DNA from: Fibrobacterota bacterium
Lineage (GTDB): Bacteria; Fibrobacterota; Fibrobacteria; UBA11236
Assembly: GCA_028287505.1 (NCBI GenBank)
Contig: JAQBPN010000070.1
Span: 3,671-67,670 of the forward strand
DNA length: 64,000 nucleotides
Direction: 5' to 3'
Made by a program: the position numbers and the translations under genes. The first letter of the stretch is position 1. Each line of letters starts with the position of its first letter. This document shows, one piece after another, positions 1 through 9,562 of the stretch. The notes under the pieces are model-generated. The model was not told where the DNA came from. It saw only the letters and a program-made list of their open reading frames with translations, and did not search any database.

Positions 1-493
1 ACTCGTAGCTCCCTCCGCCGTCCGTCAGGGTGGTATCCACGATGGTGGAGCCGCCTCGTCCGTTGGGCCGGGAAAGTATGACGGTAGCGCCCTTGAGCAC
101 TTCCTTGGTGGCGTCATCCTTCACGTTGCCGATGATGTGGCCGCTCCCCGTTCCGCCGCCGGTGGTGGGAGTCAGGATGATGTTGGCGGCATAGATTCCG
201 TTGGCCTGGACCACGGAAACGTTGGCCGTGTTGGCCTGATAGCCGGTCCTGGATGCGGCCAGGGAATGGAATCCCGTGGCAACGCCGTCGAAGGAATAGG
301 CTCCGCTTGCATCCGTGGTGGTGGTGTCGGCGGAACCGGCTCCGCCGCCTAATCCGGCGATGATCACCCGCACGCCTTCGATGGGAAGGGCTAAAGTCCG
401 GTTGGTGATGACGCCGGTTACCTTGGCCGCATGCAGCGCAACGGCCGGAAGCAGGATTGCGGAAAGGAATAGCGAACGTATGCTTTTGAACAT
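1..493 (-). CDS. Secreted protein with tandem carboxypeptidase-regulatory-like (CarboxypepD_reg) domains, partial; C-terminus lies off the window. Possibly the N-terminus of a SusC-like or TonB-dependent receptor.
   Basis: Hand translation of the minus strand from ATG at 493 gives MFKSIRSLFLSAILLPAVALHAAKVTGVITNRTLALPIEGVRVIIAGL...GHIIGNVKDDATKEVLKGATVILS with no stop to position 1. There is a signal peptide followed by two GxIxD/N...G.TV motifs typical of CarboxypepD_reg folds. The ORF track lists only an Arg/His-rich alternative frame (114..539), which I rejected. Confidence 0.5.
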   Translation of the reverse strand, partial: MFKSIRSLFLSAILLPAVALHAAKVTGVITNRTLALPIEGVRVIIAGLGGGAGSADTTTTDASGAYSFDGVATGFHSLAASRTGYQANTANVSVVQANGIYAANIILTPTTGGGTGSGHIIGNVKDDATKEVLKGATVILSRPNGRGGSTIVDTTLTDGGGSYE

Positions 494-740
494 GGAGGCT
501 CCCCCGAGGGTGTGATGAATGATGACCGCGGCCGGGCACAGGGTTCCGCCGCGTTTTAATCTCGCAGAAAAACTATCCGCGCGAGGCGCCGGAGAAAACC
601 CCGAAGGCAACATGATTGAATGCTTTTTTTGGGGTCATTTTTCCCGGTAGAGCCCGATAGCGTACCAATAGGTACATTATTTGGCTCTGGCGGGTACACC
701 GCAGTGCAAGGAGGATGATTTGGAATATCTGGAAATCCCC

Positions 741-1193
741 ATGTCCAAAAGAAAGAAGATCGCTCTCGTGGCGCACGATCACAAGAAAACGGAGCTGGTG
801 GAATGGGCCAAACGCCATCGGGACGCCTTGGCCACGCATCAGTTGCTGGCTACGGGCACCACGGGCGCGCTGATCGAGAAGGAAACCAGGCTTCCCGTGG
901 AAAAGCTCAGGAGCGGACCCTTGGGCGGAGACCTGGAAATCGGAGCGGCGATCTCGGGAGGCGATATCGACGTGCTGGTTTTCTTCTGGGACCCCCTCGC
1001 CGCGCAACCGCACGACCCCGACGTGCGCGCCCTCTTGCGCATCGCCGTGGTCTGGAACATTCCCGTGGTGAGCAATATGGCCTCGGCCGATTTCCTCTTC
1101 TCATCGCCGTACATGCAAGGCGAGTACAAGCGGCAGGTGCCGGACTATGAGGAACGCAAACGCAAGGAATGGCCCCTGAGGGGCGGTCTTTGA
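741..1193 (+). CDS. mgsA: Methylglyoxal synthase
   Basis: [26 protein letters not shown]...[25 protein letters not shown] matches the MgsA family (conserved H-D-H-K substrate motif; about 150 aa). Start moved to the internal Met at 741 of ORF 681..1193. Confidence 0.9.
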   Translation: MSKRKKIALVAHDHKKTELVEWAKRHRDALATHQLLATGTTGALIEKETRLPVEKLRSGPLGGDLEIGAAISGGDIDVLVFFWDPLAAQPHDPDVRALLRIAVVWNIPVVSNMASADFLFSSPYMQGEYKRQVPDYEERKRKEWPLRGGL

Positions 1194-1217
1194 AGCCGTC
1201 CCTTGGCGGGATGGCCC

Positions 1218-1934
1218 TCAGGCGAAAGCGCTGAAGCCGGTTCCCGGCCTGGCGGCGGGGCGCGAATAGGCCCGCCGCGGATCGCCGGCGCCCGCGGCAT
1301 TCGATTCCGGGCCGCCGTCCTTGCCTTCGGGACTTTCCGCCATCTCCTTCTGGGCCTGGACCGCCATCTGCGCGGCGGCCGCCGCCACGGCGCGATCGGC
1401 GCCGGAAGGGTTGGAGGGCGCCAAAGCGGCCCGCTGCACGGTCGCCGCCTTCTGGAGAGTAGCGCGTGGGTTACCTTTCACGGGGCTCGCGTCGATGTCC
1501 ACGTGGCCGCCCACGGCGTATTGCTTTCCGTCCGGTCCCGCTTTGTATTCGTAACCGGCTCCGCCCTTGGCGTATCCGCCCGCGCCGGCCAGGTGGGCCG
1601 CTTCGTGGGCCTTGACCTCGCGGTCCCGCTTCTCCAGTTCCCGGACCTGCTTTTGCTCATCTTCGTCGAGAGGCTTGCCGTCCGCCTTCTTGGGATCGCC
1701 GGCGGAATCCTTCTGCGCCGATTTTCCCGCCGATTTTTCCATCCCCTGCCTGGACAGTTCCAACTTGGCCGAGGCCTGGTCGAACTTGGCGGCGAAGCAA
1801 GAACAATCGTTCTTGTGGTCGCAGGGAGCCTCGCTTCCTTTTTTTCCGTAAACGGGAATCCGCTCGGAGCCGGGAAGCAGCACTCCCTGGGAGGAGAAGA
1901 CTTGCGCAATTTGCGAGAACATGGAAGACTGCAC
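1218..1934 (-). CDS. Putative metalloprotease, CJM1_0395 family (HEAAH motif)
   Basis: The 238-aa product contains EKRDREVKAHEAAHLAGAGGYAKGGAGYEYKAGPDGKQYAVGGHVDIDASPVKGNPRATLQKAATVQRAALAPSNPSGADRAVAAAAAQ, which matches my recollection of the 'putative metalloprotease CJM1_0395' family signature. Confidence 0.65.
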   Translation of the reverse strand: MQSSMFSQIAQVFSSQGVLLPGSERIPVYGKKGSEAPCDHKNDCSCFAAKFDQASAKLELSRQGMEKSAGKSAQKDSAGDPKKADGKPLDEDEQKQVRELEKRDREVKAHEAAHLAGAGGYAKGGAGYEYKAGPDGKQYAVGGHVDIDASPVKGNPRATLQKAATVQRAALAPSNPSGADRAVAAAAAQMAVQAQKEMAESPEGKDGGPESNAAGAGDPRRAYSRPAARPGTGFSAFA

Positions 1935-2264
1935 CAGGAAAGAGTGTAGCGGCTGGCGATAGCGGGCATCAAGTGGGCATTTCGTCGGGCCCTAAGAGTC
2001 CTTGCGGGCTTTACCGCGATGTCTCTCGTCGGGAGTACAGGCTGCCCTCCTGAGGCCGATGCTTCGCCCTTCGGAGTCGGGGGTCGGGAGTTAAGAAAAA
2101 GAAAAAAAGGAACCCGGAGTCACCAACTGAGCATGGCCTGCATGCCCTCCTTCTTTTTCTCAACTCCCGACCCCCGACTCCCTACTCCCGACCAAGGACC
2201 CCTGGGAGCAAACCGCGAAGGTCTTTTGAGTCTTGTCCTTTTGGGGTTTTTCTATCTTTCGGCC

Positions 2265-3992
2265 ATGCTCGTATCCCAATATCTGGTGAAAACCCTCAGA
2301 GAATCGCCTTCCGGGGCGGAATTGCCCAGCCACATCTTCCTGCTGCGCGGCGGTTACATAAAACAATTGGCCTCCGGCCTCTATTCCATCCTGCCCCTGG
2401 GCAAGCGCGTCCTGAACAAGATCGAAGCCGTGATCCGGAACGAGATGGACAAAATCAGCGGCCAGGAAGTGGACCTGCCCCTGGTGCAGCCCGCGGAACT
2501 GTGGATGGAATCCGGACGCTACGGCGCCATCGGCGCGGAACTGCTGCGATTCAAGGATCGCGGCGAGCACCACATGGTTCTGGCCATGACCCACGAAGAA
2601 GCCATCACGGATCTGGCCCGCTACATGCTTTCCTCCTACAAGCAATTGCCTTTCATGATCTGGCAGTTCAAATTGAAATTCCGCGATGAGCCCCGCGCCC
2701 GCGGCGGCCTGGTGCGCGTCCGCGAGTTCATCATGAAGGACGCCTATAGCTTCCACCGCGACGACGCGGACCTGGACGCCTACTACCAGCGCGCCTACCA
2801 AGCCTACGAAAACATCTTCGCCCGCGCGGGTATCAAACCCATCGTGGTCAAATCGGACACGGGCATCATGGGCGGGAAAATCGCCCACGAATTCATGCTC
2901 GAGTCCGGCTATGGCGAAGACTATCTCATCATCTCCCAGGACGGATCCTATTCCGCCAACCAGGAAATCGCCGAGTTCCACCGCGAACATGCGAAGGCGG
3001 CTCCCCTGCCCCTGGAAAAGGTGGCCACTCCGGGCAAGAAAACGATCGAGGACGTATCCGCCTTCATGGGCATTACTGCCGCGGAGACCATGAAAGCGGT
3101 GCTGTTCGAGACCGAACAGGACAAGAAGAAATGCCTGGTGCTCGGCCTCATCCGCGGCGATCTCGACATCAGCGAAGTCAAGCTGCGGAACTACCTGAAG
3201 GTGCCCTGGCTTCTGCCCGCCTCCGAGGAATTCATCCGCTCCTTCGGCGTCGTTCCCGGTTTCGCCTCCCCCATCGGCATCCCCGAGCGCAAGGATCTGC
3301 TGGTGCTTACGGATCTTTCCGTGAGCGAAGGCAACAATCTGGTGGGCGGCGCGAACGAGGAAGGCTTCCATTACAAGCACGTCAACTTCCGCCGGGATTT
3401 CCAATCGCCCCATTGCGGAGACTTCGCCAAGGCCCAGGAAGGTTACCTGGCCCCGGACGGCAAGTCGATCCTGCGCGCCGTGCGCGGCATCGAAATCGGC
3501 AACATCTTCAAGCTCGGGACCAAGTTCACCCAGTCCATGGGCTGCAGCTATCTGGATGAAGAAGGCAAACAGCAGACCCCCACCATGGGCTGTTACGGCA
3601 TCGGCGTGGGACGTTTGATGGCCGCCGCCATCGAGAATTCCCATGATGAGTTCGGCCCCATCTGGCCCAAGGAAATCGCGCCATTCCACGTCCACCTCCT
3701 GAACATCGGCCGCGAGCCCGAAGTCATGGAAACCTGCGCCAAGCTGATGGCGGAATGGGAAGGCCTGGGACTGGAAGTGCTTTTCGACGATAGGGACGAA
3801 CGGCCCGGCGTCAAATTCAAGGACGCGGATCTCTGGGGCATCCCGATCCGGATCGCCGTGGGCAAAAAAGGCCTGGCCGAGGGCGGGCCGCAGGGCGGCC
3901 TTGCCGAGTGGAAACCCCGCAAGGACAAGGATTTCACCAAGGTGCCCGTTGGCGAGCTTGGGAAACGATTGCAAGAGTTCTATTCCACCTAG
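2265..3992 (+). CDS. proS: Proline--tRNA ligase (bacterial type with editing domain)
   Basis: MLVSQYLVKTLRESPSGAELPSHIFLLRGGYIKQLASGLYSILPLGKRV... together with class II aaRS motifs and a C-terminal anticodon-binding domain. Start placed at Met83 of ORF 2019..3992, where ProRS-like sequence begins. Confidence 0.93.
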   Translation: MLVSQYLVKTLRESPSGAELPSHIFLLRGGYIKQLASGLYSILPLGKRVLNKIEAVIRNEMDKISGQEVDLPLVQPAELWMESGRYGAIGAELLRFKDRGEHHMVLAMTHEEAITDLARYMLSSYKQLPFMIWQFKLKFRDEPRARGGLVRVREFIMKDAYSFHRDDADLDAYYQRAYQAYENIFARAGIKPIVVKSDTGIMGGKIAHEFMLESGYGEDYLIISQDGSYSANQEIAEFHREHAKAAPLPLEKVATPGKKTIEDVSAFMGITAAETMKAVLFETEQDKKKCLVLGLIRGDLDISEVKLRNYLKVPWLLPASEEFIRSFGVVPGFASPIGIPERKDLLVLTDLSVSEGNNLVGGANEEGFHYKHVNFRRDFQSPHCGDFAKAQEGYLAPDGKSILRAVRGIEIGNIFKLGTKFTQSMGCSYLDEEGKQQTPTMGCYGIGVGRLMAAAIENSHDEFGPIWPKEIAPFHVHLLNIGREPEVMETCAKLMAEWEGLGLEVLFDDRDERPGVKFKDADLWGIPIRIAVGKKGLAEGGPQGGLAEWKPRKDKDFTKVPVGELGKRLQEFYST

Positions 3993-4240
3993 TCCGGGTG
4001 CGCTTGCTCTCCGGCATCGCCTGAGCCCCGTTGTGAACGTGGACTCAGGCCCTGTTCTCAGAATCTGTTCCTTCGAATAAGGAAATTCCCTATGCCCATA
4101 AGGGGTCTTGGGTGGATTTTCCGCCTTTCGATGTGACCGGGCTCACCCCCGGATCCGGAAAAAAAGGCAATAATTGATTGTGGAGATCCGGAAAAATGCG
4201 GTAAAATGGTGCAAATGATAGGCACAAAGGCTTAATAGGA

Positions 4241-5101
4241 ATGCTGCTGAGGTTCTGGGGCGTACGGGGAAGCATACCCACCCCCTCCGAGGAAACCGTT
4301 CGTTTCGGCGGCAATACGTCCTGCCTTTCCGCCGATTTGGGCGGAAATATCGTGATTTTCGATGCGGGTACCGGCATCCGCAATCTCGGCAATACCATCA
4401 TGGAGCGCAAGGATAAGCCGAAATTGGACATGTTCCTGAGCCATGTGCATTGGGACCATATCCAGGGATTCCCTTTTTTCGGACCCGGCTACAAGGACGG
4501 CTATAAAATCGACGTTTATGGCCGGGGCAAGGCGGACAATACCTTGGGAGAAATCCTGGCCGGCCAGATGGAAGGCCCCAACTTTCCCGTTTCCCTCCAT
4601 CAGCTCGGCGCCAAGTTCACCTATTCGGACATCACCCCAGGCCAATCCATCCCCATCAAAAGCGATTCGGGCGATGTTATCGCCAAGGTCACCTGCGCCC
4701 AGGGATGCCATCCCAACGGGGTGCTGGTCTATCGTCTTGACGATTTGCGCAAAGGCACCGCCCTGGTCTATGCCACGGATACCGAGCACTACGCCAACCG
4801 CCTGGATCTCAACATCGGCGATCTGGCCAAGGGCGCGGACCTGCTGATTTACGACGGCATGTACACGCCGGAAGAATACGAGACCAAGTACAAGGGTTGG
4901 GGCCACTCCACCTGGGAAAAAGGCTTCGAGCTGGCCGAATACGCGGGCGTGAAGAAATACGTGGTGTTCCACCACGATCCCAACCACACCGATACTTTCC
5001 TGGAAGGCTATGAAGCCGAGGTCAAAGACCGGTGCCGGGCGAAAAACCCGAAGCTGGACGTGTCCTTCGCCCGTGAAAAGATGGAAATCCCGCTCGGCTG
5101 A
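4241..5101 (+). CDS. MBL-fold metallo-hydrolase
   Basis: The motif HVHWDHIQGFPFF (HxHxDH) and an overall beta-lactamase-like fold pattern; 286 aa. Confidence 0.8.
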   Translation: MLLRFWGVRGSIPTPSEETVRFGGNTSCLSADLGGNIVIFDAGTGIRNLGNTIMERKDKPKLDMFLSHVHWDHIQGFPFFGPGYKDGYKIDVYGRGKADNTLGEILAGQMEGPNFPVSLHQLGAKFTYSDITPGQSIPIKSDSGDVIAKVTCAQGCHPNGVLVYRLDDLRKGTALVYATDTEHYANRLDLNIGDLAKGADLLIYDGMYTPEEYETKYKGWGHSTWEKGFELAEYAGVKKYVVFHHDPNHTDTFLEGYEAEVKDRCRAKNPKLDVSFAREKMEIPLG

Positions 5102-5128
5102 AACCGGGCCCGGAAATCCGCGAGCCGA

Positions 5129-7429
5129 TCAAAACGGCTTCTTGAACTTCTTCCACAACCCATCCAGAAACCCGCCGCCCTTGGGACTGGGGCTTTTCGC
5201 GGAAGGTCCGTTTTGCGCTTCCGCTCCGCCGTTCCCGATGTGACCGGAATGCAATTCCGCCCGGCAGGGAAGCAGGCGCGGGCCTATCCCGGCAACCTTG
5301 AAGTCCTGCGACACCGAATCGCAAAAAGCCTGGGCCAGCTTCCCCGTCAGCTTGCAAATCCTCACATCGGCCACGCCTGGGGGCCTGGGGAAATCCGTTT
5401 CGAACTCTTTGACCTTCATACCCTTGTGCAGACCGCGCATGACGTCCAGCCAGATGGGCATCGCGTCATCGGTGCCCGTGTGGCCGGAACCGAGGGAGGC
5501 ATGGTCGTCCGTGCCCACCCAGATGCCCACGGTGTATCTCTTGGTGAACCCTATGTACCAGGCATCCCGGTAATCGTTGGTAGTGCCGGTCTTGCCGCCG
5601 GACGGATGATAGAAGCCCCCGGCCCAGATGTCCGCCGCCGTCCCGCGGATGTTTACGTCGCGCAGCATACCGCACAGGATCCAGGCGGCCGCCTCTCCCA
5701 TCACTCTCCGGCGCGCCGGCTGGCCCAGGGGAATGGAAGACCCCTTGCGGTCGAGGATGGTTTCCAGAAAGCGCGGCCCCACCCATTCGCCGCCGTCGGG
5801 GAAAACCGAGAATGCCGCCGTCATCTCCAGGGGCGAGGCATCGCAAGCCCCGAGGGCCATGGCCGGTACCGGCCGCAAGGGCCGGGAGATGCCGAAACGG
5901 CGGGCATAGGCGACCACGGAGTCCAGGCCCGCGTCCAAGGCCACCCGGACGGCCGGGATGTTGCGGGACCGGTAGAAGGCCCGGCGCAAGGTCATGGTTC
6001 CTTCGTAATCGTATTCCAGATTGTGGGGCTGCCATTGTTTGGCGGTGTCGTCCGGATCGGGAATGGACAGGGGTTTGTCCGCGACCATGGAACCCGGGCT
6101 GATCCCTTGGTCCACGGCCACGGCGTAGACGATGGGCTTGAAAGCGGAACCCGGCGAGCGGGCCGCCATGGTGGCCCGGTTGTAGTTGGACTCCCGCCAA
6201 TCCAGGCCGCCGGAAAGGGCGCGCACCGCCCCGCCTCCGTTCTCGATGACCACCACGGCCCCCTGGGCCTTATGGTAACGGGCGTGTTCCGGAAACTTGC
6301 GCGCTTCCGGCAGGGTGTCCTTGCGCAGATAGAGGGAATCGAAGCGGGAATAATATTTGTCCCAATGCTTCAGGATCTCCTCCTGCGGTTTCCTGAGCCG
6401 GCCCGGCATGCCCAGATCCAGCATAGTGGCCACGTTCATGCGGCCCTGGATTTCCGCCAGATGCGCCGTCAGGCAGGAATCCGCCAGATCCTGGGCGCGC
6501 CGATCCAGGGTGGTGTAGATCCGCGTTCCCGCGCTGTCCAGGAATCCCTTGCCGAACCGGCCTTCCAGTTCCTTGCGGACGGTCTCCACGAAATATCCAG
6601 CCTCATCCCCGGATAGCTGCGGGAACTCCTTCATGCGCAGCGAGATGGGCTCGGCGAGCGCGGCCTCCATTTGCGGCGCGGTGACGGCATCTATGTTCAA
6701 CATCGATCGCAGGACGATGTTGCGCCTGTGCAGGGCGAGATCCAGATGTCGATCGGGACGCAGGAGTTCCGGCCGCTGCAGCATACCCGCCAGCAAGGCC
6801 TGCTGGGGCAGGGACAGGGAATCCAGAGGGCACGAGAAATACCGTTCCGCCGCGGCCGCGAATCCGTAGGCGCCGGCCCCCAGGTAGACTTCATTCAGGT
6901 AGAACTGGAGGATCTCCCTTTTCGTATAGGTTCCTTCAATCCGCAGCGCTAAGAGGATCTCGCGCAGCTTCCGCGAAATGGATCGCTCGGAACCCAGGAA
7001 CACCAGCTTGGTCAATTGCTGGGTCAGGGTGGATCCTCCCCGCACCCGTTTTCCCGTCATGGCGGGGAGCAGGGAGGCGGGAATGGCCATCAGGTCCACT
7101 CCGCTGTGCCGGAAGAAACCCTGATCCTCTATGGCGAGCACGGCATTGATTTGGCGCTCCGGCACCTTGTCCAACGGAGTCCAGATGCGCCGCTCGGTGT
7201 AGAACTCGCGGATCAGGGTCGAGTCCCTGGCGTACATGCGCGTTATGAGACTGGGAGCCAGGCGCTCCAATTCTTCCAGGGGGGGCAGCGTAAACCAGAA
7301 CCATACCAGGATCAGCGCGAAAAGAAAAACGGGTCCTGCGAAGCAATACCCGAGCACGCGGAACCAATGGCGGAACTCAGGGTCGGCCAATGCCTTCCGA
7401 AGGCGGATACGGGATTCCGTGATGCCCAA
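5129..7429 (-). CDS. mrcA: Class A penicillin-binding protein 1A (glycosyltransferase + transpeptidase), paralog A
   Basis: N-terminal TM helix; GT51 motifs (AVLAIEDQGFFRHSGVD, GGSTLTQQL, RKLREILLALRIE); transpeptidase motifs in the C-terminal half; 766 aa. Confidence 0.9.
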   Translation of the reverse strand: MGITESRIRLRKALADPEFRHWFRVLGYCFAGPVFLFALILVWFWFTLPPLEELERLAPSLITRMYARDSTLIREFYTERRIWTPLDKVPERQINAVLAIEDQGFFRHSGVDLMAIPASLLPAMTGKRVRGGSTLTQQLTKLVFLGSERSISRKLREILLALRIEGTYTKREILQFYLNEVYLGAGAYGFAAAAERYFSCPLDSLSLPQQALLAGMLQRPELLRPDRHLDLALHRRNIVLRSMLNIDAVTAPQMEAALAEPISLRMKEFPQLSGDEAGYFVETVRKELEGRFGKGFLDSAGTRIYTTLDRRAQDLADSCLTAHLAEIQGRMNVATMLDLGMPGRLRKPQEEILKHWDKYYSRFDSLYLRKDTLPEARKFPEHARYHKAQGAVVVIENGGGAVRALSGGLDWRESNYNRATMAARSPGSAFKPIVYAVAVDQGISPGSMVADKPLSIPDPDDTAKQWQPHNLEYDYEGTMTLRRAFYRSRNIPAVRVALDAGLDSVVAYARRFGISRPLRPVPAMALGACDASPLEMTAAFSVFPDGGEWVGPRFLETILDRKGSSIPLGQPARRRVMGEAAAWILCGMLRDVNIRGTAADIWAGGFYHPSGGKTGTTNDYRDAWYIGFTKRYTVGIWVGTDDHASLGSGHTGTDDAMPIWLDVMRGLHKGMKVKEFETDFPRPPGVADVRICKLTGKLAQAFCDSVSQDFKVAGIGPRLLPCRAELHSGHIGNGGAEAQNGPSAKSPSPKGGGFLDGLWKKFKKPF

Positions 7430-7487
7430 GCTCGTTTCTTTCCGGAAAAAAATCGTCCTGGTTAAACATAGCCAAGTGGGGCCGGTT

Positions 7488-9041
7488 TCAGGCCGAACGG
7501 GCGCCCTTGAAGGCCCCCAAAGTATCCCTTCCCATCAGAACGGGGCGGCTTTTGAGGTTGTGCAGGGCATCCGGTTTCACCGGGATATCCCCCAGGAAAA
7601 TGTGGGCCACCTGGTAGCTGAGATCGCTGAACCCGAAATCGATGGAAGAAATGGAGAAAGGGCGCGACCAGTGGTTGTTGTCGAAGGAAAGCAGGGTGAC
7701 GTCGCCGGGCACCTTCAGCCCCATCTCCCGGAACCACAGGTAGTATTGATGGGCGAAGTAATCGTTGGGCGCCAGGATGGCGGTCACGGGTCCTCCCTGG
7801 GACGCGGACTTTTCCTTGTCGAGCATATCCATCAGGGACGGAATCATCTCCCGCAGGGATTTCCGCCGGCCGCCGGAGAGATTCCCGCGATAGAATTCCA
7901 GCCAGGCCGGAAAGTCCTCGGGGCCCAGCCAGGGTTTGGGATGCCAGAACCCTTCATGATGCTCGTTTTCCACGATGGTCAACCCCGGTTGGTACGCCGC
8001 CGCGCGTTCCTTGAGAACCGCGGAACGATGCATGATCCAGGGGAACTCCGGGGAGCGGAAAATCGGGAAGCCGATGCGGGTGTGCCCAAGGCCCGCCAAA
8101 GTGTCCAGGGCCATGGTGACCGCGGCGTCCTCATCCTTGAGGCAGCGGAACAGACGGGATCCTCCGGGGATGGAGCGCATGTCCAAATCCTTCACCAGGC
8201 ATTCCAGGTCCAGCCAGACCACCGGTCGCTTGAAGCGGCCCAACCAGGACAACAACCCGGGCTCCGCATCGCGGGCGATGTACATGGCGCCCTGATACCT
8301 GTCGCCCAGGGATTGGATCAGGGCCTGGATGCGCGGCCTGCCGGAGGCGAAGAACCCGGAATCCGAAGGGGTGACGGTGGCGAGCTGGGTTTCCATGCCC
8401 ATGCGTTCGATTTCCAGATAGAAGTTCTGGACGAATTTCCCCGAATGCTCCTGATGATAGACCTGTTCCCAGAACGGATAGTCCGGCACCAGCAACAGGA
8501 TGGCCGGAGCGTTGCGGGGAGTGCGGTGGGAATGGCCGAGAGCGTTGTGCCTGGAAGCCTCGGCGCCGCCGGCCAGCCAGCTCTTGCCGTGTTTGCGGAT
8601 CAGGGTTTCGCCTTCCAGCAGCTTGAAGGAGGCGCACACCGTATCCGGAGAAACGCCTTCCTGGGAGGAAATGAATCCGACCTTGGGAAGCGCCTGGCCC
8701 ACCCGGTAGGTTCCGTCCAGGATGCGGTCCCGTAACTTCGCGGTTAAGGTATCCAAGGAGTTACCTTGGGAAGGTTGGGATCGGTCTGCGCCTCCGCCCG
8801 TCCAGAAAGTGCCCTTGCCGCGGAAGCTTTCGATCAGGCCGGCTTCCCGGAGGGAATCCAGGGCCTTCTGCATCGTCGCCTTGGACACGCCGGCGTCCCG
8901 CGCCAGCGATTGGATGGAATCCAAACGGCCGTCTGGAAAGGAGTCCTTGCGTTCCCGCAAGCCTTCCGCCAACGCCTCGAACAAACGTTTGCCGCCTCTA
9001 ATCTGGGCCATGATTGCGTCCTCTTCCCCCCACGCCATCAT
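7488..9041 (-). CDS. Transcriptional regulator with a GntR-type winged HTH and a LacI/periplasmic-binding-like ligand domain
   Basis: N-terminal SIQSLARDAGVSKATMQKALDSLREAGLIESFRGKGTFW (GntR HTH). C-terminal ILAPNDYFA...VPGDVTLLSFDN (LacI-family sugar-binding fold). Alternative start at 9011 (MAQIRGG). Confidence 0.8.
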   Translation of the reverse strand: MMAWGEEDAIMAQIRGGKRLFEALAEGLRERKDSFPDGRLDSIQSLARDAGVSKATMQKALDSLREAGLIESFRGKGTFWTGGGADRSQPSQGNSLDTLTAKLRDRILDGTYRVGQALPKVGFISSQEGVSPDTVCASFKLLEGETLIRKHGKSWLAGGAEASRHNALGHSHRTPRNAPAILLLVPDYPFWEQVYHQEHSGKFVQNFYLEIERMGMETQLATVTPSDSGFFASGRPRIQALIQSLGDRYQGAMYIARDAEPGLLSWLGRFKRPVVWLDLECLVKDLDMRSIPGGSRLFRCLKDEDAAVTMALDTLAGLGHTRIGFPIFRSPEFPWIMHRSAVLKERAAAYQPGLTIVENEHHEGFWHPKPWLGPEDFPAWLEFYRGNLSGGRRKSLREMIPSLMDMLDKEKSASQGGPVTAILAPNDYFAHQYYLWFREMGLKVPGDVTLLSFDNNHWSRPFSISSIDFGFSDLSYQVAHIFLGDIPVKPDALHNLKSRPVLMGRDTLGAFKGARSA

Positions 9042-9562
9042 GTTCGAATATACCTGGGATAATATAAGAACGGAAACCCGTCATCGAAGGGGGATTCCTC
9101 CTTATCTTGGATAAGGAAGGAGCGCGATTCCTCGCAAAGAATTTCCAGTTGAGTTACTTGGGGCGCGGCGGGCCGGATCAGGCCGGCTCGCCGCGGCCCC
9201 GACATGAAGGACTCCCGGAGGCGGCATTTCTCCCCCACCACCCACGCCGACGGGAATTCCCTCCAATCCCATCGGCGGTGTACCCCTCCTTAGCCGCCGA
9301 TGGGTTGGAGCTTTTGCTCCGCCGCGCATGGACTGGATAACTGCCCGCCAACGTCATCATGTGGTTCACAACCGCTCACAAGCTTGCTCGCTCCCGGCTC
9401 ACATGCCTTTGGGGCATGTTCGCTGCCCTCGTCGCAGAACACGCGGGTCCGCCAAGGCGAACCCGGTACAGCTCCTCGGGCGGTTTAGTTGGCGGGGACG
9501 CATCGCTGTTACCGGCTCTCTGCCAGTTCTCCAGTCCATGCGCGACGGAGCAACCTTCTTTT

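Noticed and set aside
114-539. 141-aa minus-strand ORF from the six-frame track at the window start
   Set aside because: Arg/His-rich nonsense composition (HHH, RRR runs). The real coding frame on the same strand (from ATG 493 to beyond position 1) gives a signal peptide plus CarboxypepD_reg-like domains.
2160-3974. 604-aa antisense ORF inside proS. Other long antisense ORFs behave the same way: 5213..6616, 7236..8735, 10730..11944, 14293..15435, 14801..15943, 18646..19620, 22594..24102, 25415..26491, 27920..29038, 28039..29286, 29879..31684, 31809..33563, 37788..39284, 47125..49833, 51542..53035, 53968..55092, 55712..57970, 58408..59706, 61458..62825.
   Set aside because: These are high-GC shadow ORFs opposite well-supported genes. 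Their products are Arg/Gly/Pro/His-rich with no motifs, whereas the opposing frames match well-known protein families.
9042-9562. Possible RNase P, 6S or SRP RNA in the 520-bp gap between the GntR-type regulator and PBP1A-B
   Set aside because: No conserved signature of those RNAs is recognisable, such as the RNase P GGAA/ACA P4 elements or the SRP GGAA tetraloop context. It remains an unexplained long 5' region.
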